DNA of 64,000 nt from an uncultured virus (IMG/VR IMGVR_UViG_3300006120_000013). Lineage: Duplodnaviria > Heunggongvirae > Uroviricota > Caudoviricetes. The stretch lies in the IMG/VR virus record IMGVR_UViG_3300006120_000013. One strand, written 5' to 3'. The first letter of the stretch is position 1, and each line of letters starts with the position of its first letter. A program made the translations under genes and the position numbers. Of the stretch, positions 10,035 through 19,112 are shown piece by piece. Under the pieces are notes generated by a model that saw only the letters and a list, made by a program, of their open reading frames with translations, had not been told where the DNA came from and made no database searches.

Positions 10035-10465
10035 GCAATATTGATCTAAACAAGTATAGAGAATTTGTAGAAGCAGTAACAAGTAAAGAAAGTAAAGATC
10101 TAACTTCATTTATGAATAGGTTAGATGACATCGACGCAAATTATATCGGTGATGGTGTTCATGGTCCCGACATAAACGTTCCACTAATGCTAACAGCCGC
10201 AATTGGTATGGCTGCTGAGTGTGGAGAATTTTGTGAACTCCCAAAGAAAATCATCTTTCAAGGTAAACCTCTCAATGAAGATACACTCTTTCATATGAAA
10301 CGTGAACTTGGAGACATTATGTGGTATTGGGTTAATGCTTGTAATGCTTTAAGACTCGATCCTAATGAAGTTATTGCTGAAAATGTTCGCAAACTTGAAG
10401 CAAGATATCCAGGCGGACACTTCGATGCTTTCTATAGTGAGAACCGTAAGGAAGGCGATCTCTAA
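10031..10465 (+). CDS. MazG-like nucleotide pyrophosphohydrolase
   Basis: AECGEFCE.....KRELGDIMWY...N..KL..RYP. Confidence 0.8.
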   Translation: MSNIDLNKYREFVEAVTSKESKDLTSFMNRLDDIDANYIGDGVHGPDINVPLMLTAAIGMAAECGEFCELPKKIIFQGKPLNEDTLFHMKRELGDIMWYWVNACNALRLDPNEVIAENVRKLEARYPGGHFDAFYSENRKEGDL

Positions 10466-10624
10466 ATGAAACTACCTACTGCTCCGTCGGGGCTTAGTAC
10501 ACTAGGAGTTACTGGTGTGGCTCTTATGGTACTTCATGTGTTAGGACATCTCAACGGTTGGGGTTGGCCTATTCTTTATGTTATATTAATTCTAATGGGA
10601 ATCGGACAGGAGAATCGTAAATGA
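10466..10624 (+). CDS. Small membrane protein (52 aa, two hydrophobic segments); absent from the ORF track
   Basis: Hand translation MKLPTAPSGLSTLGVTGVALMVLHVLGHLNGWGWPILYVILILMGIGQENRK*; abuts the upstream stop and overlaps the next ATG (ATGA). Confidence 0.7.
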   Translation: MKLPTAPSGLSTLGVTGVALMVLHVLGHLNGWGWPILYVILILMGIGQENRK

Positions 10625-10896
10625 AGTGGCTCGATAAATGGTTTGCTAAAAAATGTCGTCAGGCTTGGAACGAAGAACCATCGCCAAGCATAATAAAAGT
10701 AAATGAAATTAGCAACGGACCTTCTTCTGATGGTATGAACATTAAAGTATGGGGTGCTACTGGCGGACATATTGTTGAATTCCGTAAGTATGATCATACA
10801 ACAGATCGCAACGATAATAGAATGTATATTATTCCAGCAGATAAGGATTTTAGCGAAAGTCTAACTAAAATTATTTCTATGGAGATGCTACGTTGA
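10621..10896 (+). CDS. Hypothetical protein
   Basis: 91 aa, AGGAG RBS, coupled to both neighbours. Confidence 0.65.
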   Translation: MKWLDKWFAKKCRQAWNEEPSPSIIKVNEISNGPSSDGMNIKVWGATGGHIVEFRKYDHTTDRNDNRMYIIPADKDFSESLTKIISMEMLR

Positions 10897-11822
10897 AAGA
10901 TCTCTGGGTAGAAAAGTATAGACCAAAAGAGATTAAAGACTATGTGTTTCGTGATGAAAACCAAAAAGCACAGGTAGAATCTTGGGTTAAGGAAGGTACT
11001 ATTCCTCACTTATTGCTAAGTGGATCACCAGGTATTGGTAAAACAACACTTGCTAAAATGTTAATTCATGCTATTGACGTTAATGACTTTGACGTATTAG
11101 TTGCTAATGGTTCTAAAGAGGGTAGAAAAGTAGAGTGGATTGACAAACTTATATCTTTTTGCCAAACTATTCCCTTTGGACCATACAAAGTTGTACTAAT
11201 CGATGAGGCAGATTATATGAATCCTCATAGTACACAGCCAGCACTTCGCAATCTTATGGAAGAATATCATTCTACTGTAAGATTTATCTTAACTTGTAAC
11301 TATCCACACAAAATTATTCCAGCATTACACTCACGTTGTCAGGGATTTCATGTTGAAACTGTAGATAAAGACGAGTTTACAGCGAGAGTAGCAACAATTC
11401 TTGTTAGTGAGAATATCGATTTAGATCTCGATACACTTGATACATTTGTTAAGGCAACATATCCAGATATGAGGAAATGTATTAATCTTGTTCAAATGAA
11501 TTCATCTAGCGGTAAACTTGTGGAACCAGATAAAAATGATAAAAATGCTGCTGATTGGCATTTGAATATGGTTCAATTGTTTAAGGCTGGAAAAATTAGT
11601 GAAGCAAGAAAACTTGTTTGTAAAAATGCTCAGCCAGATGAAATGGAAGATATCTATCGTTGGTTGTATGATAATTTAGATATTATCAGTGAGGATGAAT
11701 CTGTACAAGATAAGGCAATCTTACACATTAAACAGGGTCTTGTGGATCATACTCTAGTTGCTGATCCTGAAATCAATTTAGCAGCGACGTTAATACGAAT
11801 TGCTAATTTAGTAGAGAAGTAA
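10893..11822 (+). CDS. Clamp loader subunit (T4 gp44/RFC small subunit-like AAA+ ATPase)
   Basis: LWVEKYRP, GSPGIGKTT, LIDEAD, SRC motif; TTG start. Confidence 0.9.
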   Translation: MKDLWVEKYRPKEIKDYVFRDENQKAQVESWVKEGTIPHLLLSGSPGIGKTTLAKMLIHAIDVNDFDVLVANGSKEGRKVEWIDKLISFCQTIPFGPYKVVLIDEADYMNPHSTQPALRNLMEEYHSTVRFILTCNYPHKIIPALHSRCQGFHVETVDKDEFTARVATILVSENIDLDLDTLDTFVKATYPDMRKCINLVQMNSSSGKLVEPDKNDKNAADWHLNMVQLFKAGKISEARKLVCKNAQPDEMEDIYRWLYDNLDIISEDESVQDKAILHIKQGLVDHTLVADPEINLAATLIRIANLVEK

Positions 11823-11837
11823 GGGCCGAAGCCCTTA
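11820..11837. terminator. Hairpin between convergent genes (probable bidirectional terminator)
   Basis: TAAGGGC-CGAA-GCCCTTA is a perfect 7-bp stem between the clamp loader and phoH stop codons. Confidence 0.6.
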
Positions 11838-11839
11838 CA

Positions 11840-12577
11840 TTAATCTCCATAAATGTCTAATATCTCCTTAACCGCAGGATGTCTCTCAATATCCTTTTGA
11901 CCAAAATTGACTATGTCAACATATTTTAGGTTCTCTTTGCTCTTGAGTAGTCTGATAAATTCGATCAAACCGTTGTCCTCAATGCGGTCAGCCTGCTTCA
12001 AATCGCCAGTTACTACCATTCTACTATTATCGCCTATGCGAGTTAGTAGCATTTTCATCTGGTTAGGTGTAGCATTCTGCATTTCGTCTGCTATGATAAA
12101 AGCGTTCTTAAATGTTCTCCCTCTCATATAGGCTAAAGGACTTACTTCAATAACACCCTCTACGAGCATGTTTTGTATTTCCTTTGCGTAATAGTATTCC
12201 GCGAACACATCAAATATCGGGCGTGTCCAAGGTTCCATTTTCTTATTAAGATCCCCGGGTAAAAATCCGTGCTGTTCGTCAACACTTACTGCTGGGCGTG
12301 TTACAATGATCTTATCGATCTGCTTCTCTTTGAGCAATTTTATGGCTGTTTGAGTCGCTAGTAAAGTTTTGCCGGTTCCGGCAGGCCCAACTGCAAATAA
12401 TACACTATTGTCTGGATTTTGTAGTTTAAGGAAATAAAGTTCCTGTGATCTATTGCGGGGTACTATTCGTACTTGTTTTTTCTTTTCTGGGATATATTCT
12501 TGTAAATCTATTACATTATTATTATTTCTATTATGATGTTGATTTTGTGCTTTTTTCTGTGCTCTTTGTCTGGACAA
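11840..12577 (-). CDS. phoH: PhoH-like ATPase
   Basis: GPAGTGKT, TRPAV, GFLPGD, YMRGRTF, DEMQN, GDLKQAD. It reads only on the reverse complement (track label + is wrong). Likely TTG start at 12577 behind AGGAG. Confidence 0.9.
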   Translation of the reverse strand: MSRQRAQKKAQNQHHNRNNNNVIDLQEYIPEKKKQVRIVPRNRSQELYFLKLQNPDNSVLFAVGPAGTGKTLLATQTAIKLLKEKQIDKIIVTRPAVSVDEQHGFLPGDLNKKMEPWTRPIFDVFAEYYYAKEIQNMLVEGVIEVSPLAYMRGRTFKNAFIIADEMQNATPNQMKMLLTRIGDNSRMVVTGDLKQADRIEDNGLIEFIRLLKSKENLKYVDIVNFGQKDIERHPAVKEILDIYGD

Positions 12578-12723
12578 ATGCAATGCTCCTTCAAATTGCT
12601 TTGTAGGACTACATATCCAAACCAGGACATGCGTCCCACACAATTATTTAAGTCCTACAAGAAAATCATAAGTGGATATATTAACTTTTGAAGCGATAAA
12701 TAACTAGTACAAGGGCCTATAAA

Positions 12724-13275
12724 ATGTTTGACGAAAAAGACATTATACGTAATATATCTACTATCTATGACAGCAATACTAGCCTTAAAGTTTTAAAAGA
12801 TTTTGAGCGTGTTTTAGATGAATTGAACCTCTATGTTTTTAAAAACTGGGAAGATGGCGAACTTATAAGAGGTCCTAAGATCAGTCGTCACTGGGTTGAA
12901 TGTTCTTTTATGTGGTTAGAAGACAATATGCCAGATCCTATGGGCGGTAAAAGATTATTAGATTATAACTGCAAAGTTGCATTTAAAAAAGATACTATAG
13001 AATCTCCACGCCTTATTAAAAAACCAAGCGATATACGTCCTAATAGTAAAAAAGGTAAATTAGAAGAACATCCAATTTGGATTGTTACTATTAAAATGCC
13101 AAAAACTTTAATGTTTGATATATTCAAAGGTTCAGTTCGTGGCCAAAAAGATAATAAAGTAGACTTAGAAAGTTTTTATCAAGATATAGATACTGAACAA
13201 AATATGGGCGAAGAATCAGTTGAGATGCCACAAAATGAACAACCCATGGCCGGAGATATAAATGCAACTCAATGA
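12724..13275 (+). CDS. Hypothetical phage protein
   Basis: 183 aa; late promoter ATAAATA at 12696-12702. Confidence 0.65.
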   Translation: MFDEKDIIRNISTIYDSNTSLKVLKDFERVLDELNLYVFKNWEDGELIRGPKISRHWVECSFMWLEDNMPDPMGGKRLLDYNCKVAFKKDTIESPRLIKKPSDIRPNSKKGKLEEHPIWIVTIKMPKTLMFDIFKGSVRGQKDNKVDLESFYQDIDTEQNMGEESVEMPQNEQPMAGDINATQ

Positions 13276-13987
13276 AGGCCTTAAATCAAAAGATCTTAGC
13301 GATCTTGTAAAATCTGTATTCGAAGTAGATGCTTACAAGAGCAAAATGGGCGACGACGAAAATGTTGTTGTATTATCATTCGAAGTTACCGGACATCAAG
13401 CAGCATTAGACTTAGTTGACTTTATCGAAAAAGGTTATGATTATGTTTTAGATGCTGATACTAGCAGTGGCGAAGATGATAACGGAAACTATAAAGTATT
13501 TGTTGAGATTGAAAGAGGACGTAAGATAGGTCAACAAATTCACGAAATTATGTATGGCTTAAATGAACTAACTGGTTGTTCTGATTGGAAATTTCGTTAT
13601 TATAAAGATTATCATAGTCGACCATTAAATGAAATCGGAAGTATACCTAGTAGTGCTGAAGATTATCAAAAGAAGATGGAAGGTATATTTGAAAACGAGA
13701 TGCGTTTCTTTTTTCGTAAAACTCCTCTCGATTACTTACTTGCTGAAAACAATATATTAACTTTCAAAAGACCGTTTACTAGTCCTATTAAATTTAAATT
13801 AATTGAACACGGAACTAGAACTAATGTTATAAACAAACTTGCAGGGACTATACGTGTTGACGAAAGTTCTGTTAGTGAAACAATGTGGTTGACAAAATAT
13901 TTTGGTAACTATAATATTACAAAATACGGGAACCATTTTGTTTTTGAAAACGAAAATGTCGTTTTTGTTTTAGATCTCATAAAATAG
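13262..13987 (+). CDS. Hypothetical phage protein
   Basis: 241 aa, GGAG RBS; begins MQLNEG, a possible L-x-E processing site. Confidence 0.65.
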   Translation: MQLNEGLKSKDLSDLVKSVFEVDAYKSKMGDDENVVVLSFEVTGHQAALDLVDFIEKGYDYVLDADTSSGEDDNGNYKVFVEIERGRKIGQQIHEIMYGLNELTGCSDWKFRYYKDYHSRPLNEIGSIPSSAEDYQKKMEGIFENEMRFFFRKTPLDYLLAENNILTFKRPFTSPIKFKLIEHGTRTNVINKLAGTIRVDESSVSETMWLTKYFGNYNITKYGNHFVFENENVVFVLDLIK

Positions 13988-14020
13988 TTCCCTTAACTAT
14001 TTGGAGAGATAAGTATTGTC

Positions 14021-14905
14021 ATGAATTATTATGCTACATTAGGCGTAGAAAGAACTGCGTCACCCGAAGAAATTAAAGCAGCTTATCGTAAATTAGCAAT
14101 GAAACATCATCCTGATCGCGGCGGTGATGAAAAAATGTTTCAAGAAATTACACAAGCATATGAAATATTAAGCGACCCTTCTAAGAAATCTCAGTATGAT
14201 ATGGGTGGAATGAATAATAACCCCCAATGGCAACAATTTCATAGCGGACATCCATTTACTGGGGATCCTTTTGGAAATCCTTTTGGTGGTACAGGCGGTG
14301 GACATCCCTTTGAAGATATTTTTGCACAATTTGGATTTGGATTTCCGCATGGAAGACCTCAACCAAAAAATAATGATTTACAAATCAAAATAAAAGTTAG
14401 CCTTAGAGATAGTTTTCTTGGTAAATCTATGAATGTTAGTTACCCTTTACCTAGTGGTAAACAAGAGAATACAGAAATTAGAATCCCCCCTGGAGTAATT
14501 CCAGGTCAATCTATTAAATTAGGCGGACTTGGGGACGATAGTATACATGGTATTCCTAGAGGAGATCTTATTATTCATATCGAAGTCGATCGAGATAATA
14601 ATTTTCATCGAGAAGATTTGTCATTAGTAACAAAAACAACTATCGATGTTTTTGATGCTATGCTAGGTTGCAAAAGAATAATAAAAAATATAGACGATTC
14701 TGAAGTTGAAGTTACAATTAGACCAGGTACACAAAATGGTCAAAAATATTCTTGTAAAGGGCTGGGTTTTCCTAATATTAGATTTCCATCCGATAGAGGA
14801 GATCTCGTCGTACAAGTTATAGTAACTACTCCAGTAATTACAGATACATCGTCAATAGAGAAAGTAAAAGAGATGGCAGAATATATCCGTAGAACAAAAA
14901 AATAA
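14021..14905 (+). CDS. dnaJ: DnaJ-class chaperone (CbpA-like, no zinc finger)
   Basis: J domain with HPD, G/F-rich region and C-terminal GDL repeats; no CxxCxGxG motifs. Confidence 0.9.
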   Translation: MNYYATLGVERTASPEEIKAAYRKLAMKHHPDRGGDEKMFQEITQAYEILSDPSKKSQYDMGGMNNNPQWQQFHSGHPFTGDPFGNPFGGTGGGHPFEDIFAQFGFGFPHGRPQPKNNDLQIKIKVSLRDSFLGKSMNVSYPLPSGKQENTEIRIPPGVIPGQSIKLGGLGDDSIHGIPRGDLIIHIEVDRDNNFHREDLSLVTKTTIDVFDAMLGCKRIIKNIDDSEVEVTIRPGTQNGQKYSCKGLGFPNIRFPSDRGDLVVQVIVTTPVITDTSSIEKVKEMAEYIRRTKK

Positions 14906-14908
14906 CTA

Positions 14909-14937
14909 TTGATAATGTTCAATATCTGCTTTATATT
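14909..14937 (+). promoter_or_regulatory. Sigma70-like promoter TTGATA-N17-TATATT
   Basis: 17-nt spacer; the def ATG follows 6 nt later with no SD sequence. Confidence 0.5.
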
Positions 14938-14943
14938 AATGAT

Positions 14944-15438
14944 ATGTTAGACCTTAAATACGAACCTTACCCACTGTTACATATGCCACTGGCAAAATAT
15001 GAATTTGATCAAGACACAAAAGAACTTGAGAAATTAATGATCGAAACTATGAAAAAATATCGTGGTATCGGTCTTGCTGCTAGTCAAGTCGATATCCCAT
15101 ATCAAATGTTTGTAATGGGAACTGATTTAGTTGAAGGATTTATTGAACCAACAATATTCATTAATCCTTCTATTACTAAAGTTAGTGAAGAGAGAACTCT
15201 CGACAAAGAAGGATGTTTAAGTTTTCCAAATTTATGGCTAAAGGTTGAAAGACCTTCTTGGATTGAAGCAATATATCAAAGTGTCGACGGTAAATGGAAT
15301 GAGATTAGAGTTGAAGGATATATGGCTAAATGCTTTCAACATGAGTTTGATCATCTACACGGAGTATGCTATACTGATAGAGTAGGTAGATTGAAATTAG
15401 AAATGGCTATCAAAAAGATGCGAAAGGGTAAGAAATGA
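14944..15438 (+). CDS. def: Peptide deformylase
   Basis: GIGLAASQ, EGCLS, QHEFDHL. Confidence 0.92.
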   Translation: MLDLKYEPYPLLHMPLAKYEFDQDTKELEKLMIETMKKYRGIGLAASQVDIPYQMFVMGTDLVEGFIEPTIFINPSITKVSEERTLDKEGCLSFPNLWLKVERPSWIEAIYQSVDGKWNEIRVEGYMAKCFQHEFDHLHGVCYTDRVGRLKLEMAIKKMRKGKK

Positions 15439-17702
15439 TTTTAGAGCCAAGTGAAGACTTACAAATTATCTATGATCGGGCAATAGAGATTGCTAATTCA
15501 CACCAACATGAATATCTTACCTTAGAACATCTTGTTTTATCTATTGCTAGTGATGAAAAATTTGCTACATTCTTAAATTCATATTCAGGAGATCTAGATT
15601 ATGTTCGCGTAAATCTAGAACATTTCATTAAAACTAATCTTAATGACATTGTAAATGACAGTAAAAAAATTAATCCTCAAAAAACACAGACAGTTGATCG
15701 TTGTCTTAATAGAGCATTTACACAAGTATTATTTCAAGGTCGTCAAAAAATAGAAGTTAACGATCTATTTCTTAGTATTCTAAATGAAAGAAAAAGTTAC
15801 TCAGTTTACTATCTTAATAAAGCAGGGTTTACTAAAGAAAAATTTAGTGATTATGTCGATGAAGAAACAATCCAAGTAGACGACGAAACAGTTAATCCAG
15901 GTCAAGTTGATAAACTATTATCACAATTTACAACTAATATGAATCAACAAGTTCAGAAAAATAAAATTGATCCTGTTATTGGCCGTGAAACCGAAATTGA
16001 AAGTATTATTCTTGCTCTTGGACGTCGTAATAAAGCAAACGTGATTCTAGTAGGTGATCCAGGTGTTGGTAAAACTGCTATTGCTGAAGGACTTGCCTTT
16101 GAAATTGTTAATGGTGATGTTCCAGAATTTATTCAAGATAATACGATTTATAATTTAGATATCGGTGCTATGATTGCTGGATCAAAGTATCGCGGTGAAT
16201 TTGAAGAAAGGCTTAAAGCAGTTCTCAAAGCTATCGAAAAGAAAGGTAAGGCAATCATCTTTATCGACGAAGCTCATATGATGAGTGGTGCTGGATCAAG
16301 TAGTAGCAATCCAAATGATATGGCTAATATGTTAAAGCCTGCTCTAAGTAAAGGTGCTATTAAAGTTATTGCTTCCACAACTTGGGAAGAATATCGTAAA
16401 CACTTTGAAAAGGATCGTGCTTTAATGCGTCGATTCCAACGTGTAACTGTTGATGAACCAACAGCAGAAGTTGCTATAGATATTCTTAAAGGTATTAAGA
16501 AGTATTACGAAAAGTTTCACAAGGCAGAAATTACAGATGCTGCTATCGAGGACGCTGTTAAATTATCAGTTAAGTACCTCACTGATAAGAAGTTACCGGA
16601 TAAGGCAATTGATCTTATTGACCTTGCTTGTTCTAGATTTAAACTTGATGCTAGTAAAGCACGAGTTGTTACAAAGAAAAGTATTGAATTTGAATTAAGT
16701 AAGATGGTTAAACTTCCTATCGAAGCAGTTGCTGAAACAGAAAGCGAAGGACTTGCTAATCTTGAAGAAAATATGAAGCATAAAGTCTTTGGACAGGACA
16801 AAGCAATCGACGATGTTTTAGATAAAATCTTTATTGCTCGTGCTGGACTTAAAGATCCTACTAAACCAATTGGTAGTTTCTTGTTTGTTGGCCCAACTGG
16901 ATGCGGTAAGACCGAGACAGCAAAGCAACTAGCAGATAATCTTGCTGTGAACTTAATTCGCTTTGATATGAGTGAATATCAAGAGAAACATAGTGTTGCT
17001 AAGTTGATCGGCTCGCCACCAGGTTATGTTGGCTACGAAGAAAACGCAGGTATGTTAATCACTAAGGTTCAAGAACATCCACATTGTGTTCTACTTCTTG
17101 ACGAGATTGAAAAGGCTCATCCAGATGTTAGTAATGTACTACTCCAGTTAATGGATAATGGTATGGTTACTGGATCAAATGGCAAGGTTGCTGATTGCCG
17201 TAATGTTATCTTAATTATGACATCTAATCTTGGTGCCAAGGATAGTGAAAGACAAACTATTGGCTTCTCTACAGAAGAGCGATACAACGACGGCGAAGAT
17301 GCGATGACAAACTTCTTTGCTCCAGAGTTTCGCAATAGATTAGACGGTGTTATTAAGTTTAACAAGTTGGGCAAAGAGAGTATGGAACATATTGTTAAGA
17401 AGTTCATTAAGGATCTTAACAACTTGCTTGCCGAGAAAAATGTAAAGGTAGAAGTTAACGATAATGGAATGGCTCTACTCGTTAAGAGAGGATTCAATCC
17501 AAAGATGGGTGCTCGTCCGTTAGCAAGAATTATTGATACTGATATTAAGAAACCACTTAGTCGAGAAATGCTATTTGGTAAACTTAAGAACGGTGGCATA
17601 GTTGATGTTGACGCAGAAGGAAAAGATGTTATACTGAACTTCAGAGGATCTAATGAGAATACACAAGACGGACAAACTCTTTTACCGCTCTTTTCCATAT
17701 AA
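15435..17702 (+). CDS. clpA: ATP-dependent Clp protease ATPase subunit ClpA
   Basis: Clp N domain (HEYLTLEHL), two AAA modules (GDPGVGKT, GPTGCGKT), IGF ClpP-docking loop, no ClpB middle domain. Confidence 0.9.
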   Translation: MILEPSEDLQIIYDRAIEIANSHQHEYLTLEHLVLSIASDEKFATFLNSYSGDLDYVRVNLEHFIKTNLNDIVNDSKKINPQKTQTVDRCLNRAFTQVLFQGRQKIEVNDLFLSILNERKSYSVYYLNKAGFTKEKFSDYVDEETIQVDDETVNPGQVDKLLSQFTTNMNQQVQKNKIDPVIGRETEIESIILALGRRNKANVILVGDPGVGKTAIAEGLAFEIVNGDVPEFIQDNTIYNLDIGAMIAGSKYRGEFEERLKAVLKAIEKKGKAIIFIDEAHMMSGAGSSSSNPNDMANMLKPALSKGAIKVIASTTWEEYRKHFEKDRALMRRFQRVTVDEPTAEVAIDILKGIKKYYEKFHKAEITDAAIEDAVKLSVKYLTDKKLPDKAIDLIDLACSRFKLDASKARVVTKKSIEFELSKMVKLPIEAVAETESEGLANLEENMKHKVFGQDKAIDDVLDKIFIARAGLKDPTKPIGSFLFVGPTGCGKTETAKQLADNLAVNLIRFDMSEYQEKHSVAKLIGSPPGYVGYEENAGMLITKVQEHPHCVLLLDEIEKAHPDVSNVLLQLMDNGMVTGSNGKVADCRNVILIMTSNLGAKDSERQTIGFSTEERYNDGEDAMTNFFAPEFRNRLDGVIKFNKLGKESMEHIVKKFIKDLNNLLAEKNVKVEVNDNGMALLVKRGFNPKMGARPLARIIDTDIKKPLSREMLFGKLKNGGIVDVDAEGKDVILNFRGSNENTQDGQTLLPLFSI

Positions 17703-18354
17703 AGCAACACTAGCAGGTGATTGGGCCTTTGCGGCCCGTTACTTTAAAAATAAAGATATCCCCCGAATCCAAAGTAAAGATCTTACTGATTGGGGGAGAT
17801 CCAATCGTGCTGCTATGCGTTATCCAAATGAAGTTACTAAACTAATCCAACTCCTTTCTCAATATGACCGAGAACAATTGAGAATGAGACAAGAAGGATA
17901 TATCCTTAATGTTTTTTTCAAGGATCGCAATATTCTTAATCAACTTCAAGCAGTTTCTAGTGATGAATTTGTTGTTGAATTTTGGGAACCAGAGAGTGAC
18001 GACGCACTCAATTATTTGTTAACAAATCAAAGAATTGAAGTTAAGAAAGCACTTACACACGGTTGCCGTTATAAGGTTGTTCTAAAAGGAGATGCTGCTA
18101 AAATTAGTAATCAATCTAGAATAAACTTTATAAATTTATGCGATAGAAATCCTATACAGTTTAGGTTAACAGAGTCTATGAAGATTGCTATTAGAAGTAA
18201 ACCTAAATACTTCTGGGGTACTAGTTATTTCTATGTAAAAGAAGAGAAATTCTTGCTAATGGCACAAATGATTCTGCAACCCATTATCAAGGAAGTAGTA
18301 AAAATTGTAACTTATGATGAAGTCAAACAGGAAGAGGCACTAAATGGCAAGTAA
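17653..18354 (+). CDS. Hypothetical protein
   Basis: 233-aa ORF with GAGGA RBS overlapping the end of clpA. Confidence 0.6.
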   Translation: MRIHKTDKLFYRSFPYKATLAGDWAFAARYFKNKDIPRIQSKDLTDWGRSNRAAMRYPNEVTKLIQLLSQYDREQLRMRQEGYILNVFFKDRNILNQLQAVSSDEFVVEFWEPESDDALNYLLTNQRIEVKKALTHGCRYKVVLKGDAAKISNQSRINFINLCDRNPIQFRLTESMKIAIRSKPKYFWGTSYFYVKEEKFLLMAQMILQPIIKEVVKIVTYDEVKQEEALNGK

Positions 18355-18634
18355 CTTTATTGATCTGGCAAAAATACTCGCAGAGCGTAAACTTCTGCGT
18401 GAAGGCATAACAATATCTGCTAAAGTTCCAGTACGTGGCTTTGGTGGTGCTCCGATGACTGCTATCCGTAAAGGTATGATTACCAAAATAAATGAAGATG
18501 GTTTTGATGCTTTGTATGAAGATCGCAAGAATAGATCCACTAAGTATGAAGATCTTACCGAAGTTGAAGGTATGGAACTTCCCCGTTACGCACAAGCATA
18601 CCGCGTTAAAGTAGTTCTTAAGAAGCCTAAATAA
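18344..18634 (+). CDS. Hypothetical protein
   Basis: 96 aa, GAGG RBS. Confidence 0.6.
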   Translation: MASNFIDLAKILAERKLLREGITISAKVPVRGFGGAPMTAIRKGMITKINEDGFDALYEDRKNRSTKYEDLTEVEGMELPRYAQAYRVKVVLKKPK

Positions 18635-18645
18635 GCACATAAGCG

Positions 18646-18682
18646 TCTTCCTGCTCTAAAGATAAATATTGGAGCAGGAAGA
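18646..18682 (+). promoter_or_regulatory. 14-bp hairpin with the late promoter ATAAATA in its loop and the RBS in its 3' arm
   Basis: TCTTCCTGCTCTAA-agataaata-TTGGAGCAGGAAGA, ending 5 nt before the ATG at 18688. Confidence 0.75.
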
Positions 18683-18687
18683 TTCTC

Positions 18688-19101
18688 ATGGCCGCAAATA
18701 GCACAGTAATAATACCATCAACAAGTCACAATTCCACAGACGCTAATCCTATTTCTCTTGTCGGCAGTAAGTATAAAGGTGCTGGCTTTTATGGGTTAGG
18801 CGACGGATTTCATACCGTTCAGATACAAACCACAACATTTTCAGGAACAATTCAAATACAGGGAACACTAGCATCTAATCCAACCGATGAAGATTGGATT
18901 AATGTTAGGTTTGGTGCTGTTGGTGGATTCGCAGTTGATACTACAGGACTTATTACAACTGGTGAATATTTAGATTTTATTGGTTTAACTACTGCTTCAG
19001 TTAATACTGTTTATAATTTCACAGGTAATTTTGTATGGATTAGAGCCAATATTAGTAATTGGACTGCCGGTACTGTAAATCAAGTGTTACTTAATTTTTA
19101 A
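18688..19101 (+). CDS. Virion structural protein (beta-rich)
   Basis: Late promoter; F.GTIQIQGTL...W...NFTGNFVWIRA. Confidence 0.55.
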   Translation: MAANSTVIIPSTSHNSTDANPISLVGSKYKGAGFYGLGDGFHTVQIQTTTFSGTIQIQGTLASNPTDEDWINVRFGAVGGFAVDTTGLITTGEYLDFIGLTTASVNTVYNFTGNFVWIRANISNWTAGTVNQVLLNF

Positions 19102-19112
19102 GGGTACTATAA

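Noticed and set aside
11840..12643. ORF track lists the PhoH ORF on the + strand starting MCGTH
   Set aside because: The protein reads only on the reverse complement (TTAATCTCCATAAATGTC encodes DIYGD* on minus), and the SD points to a TTG start at 12577.
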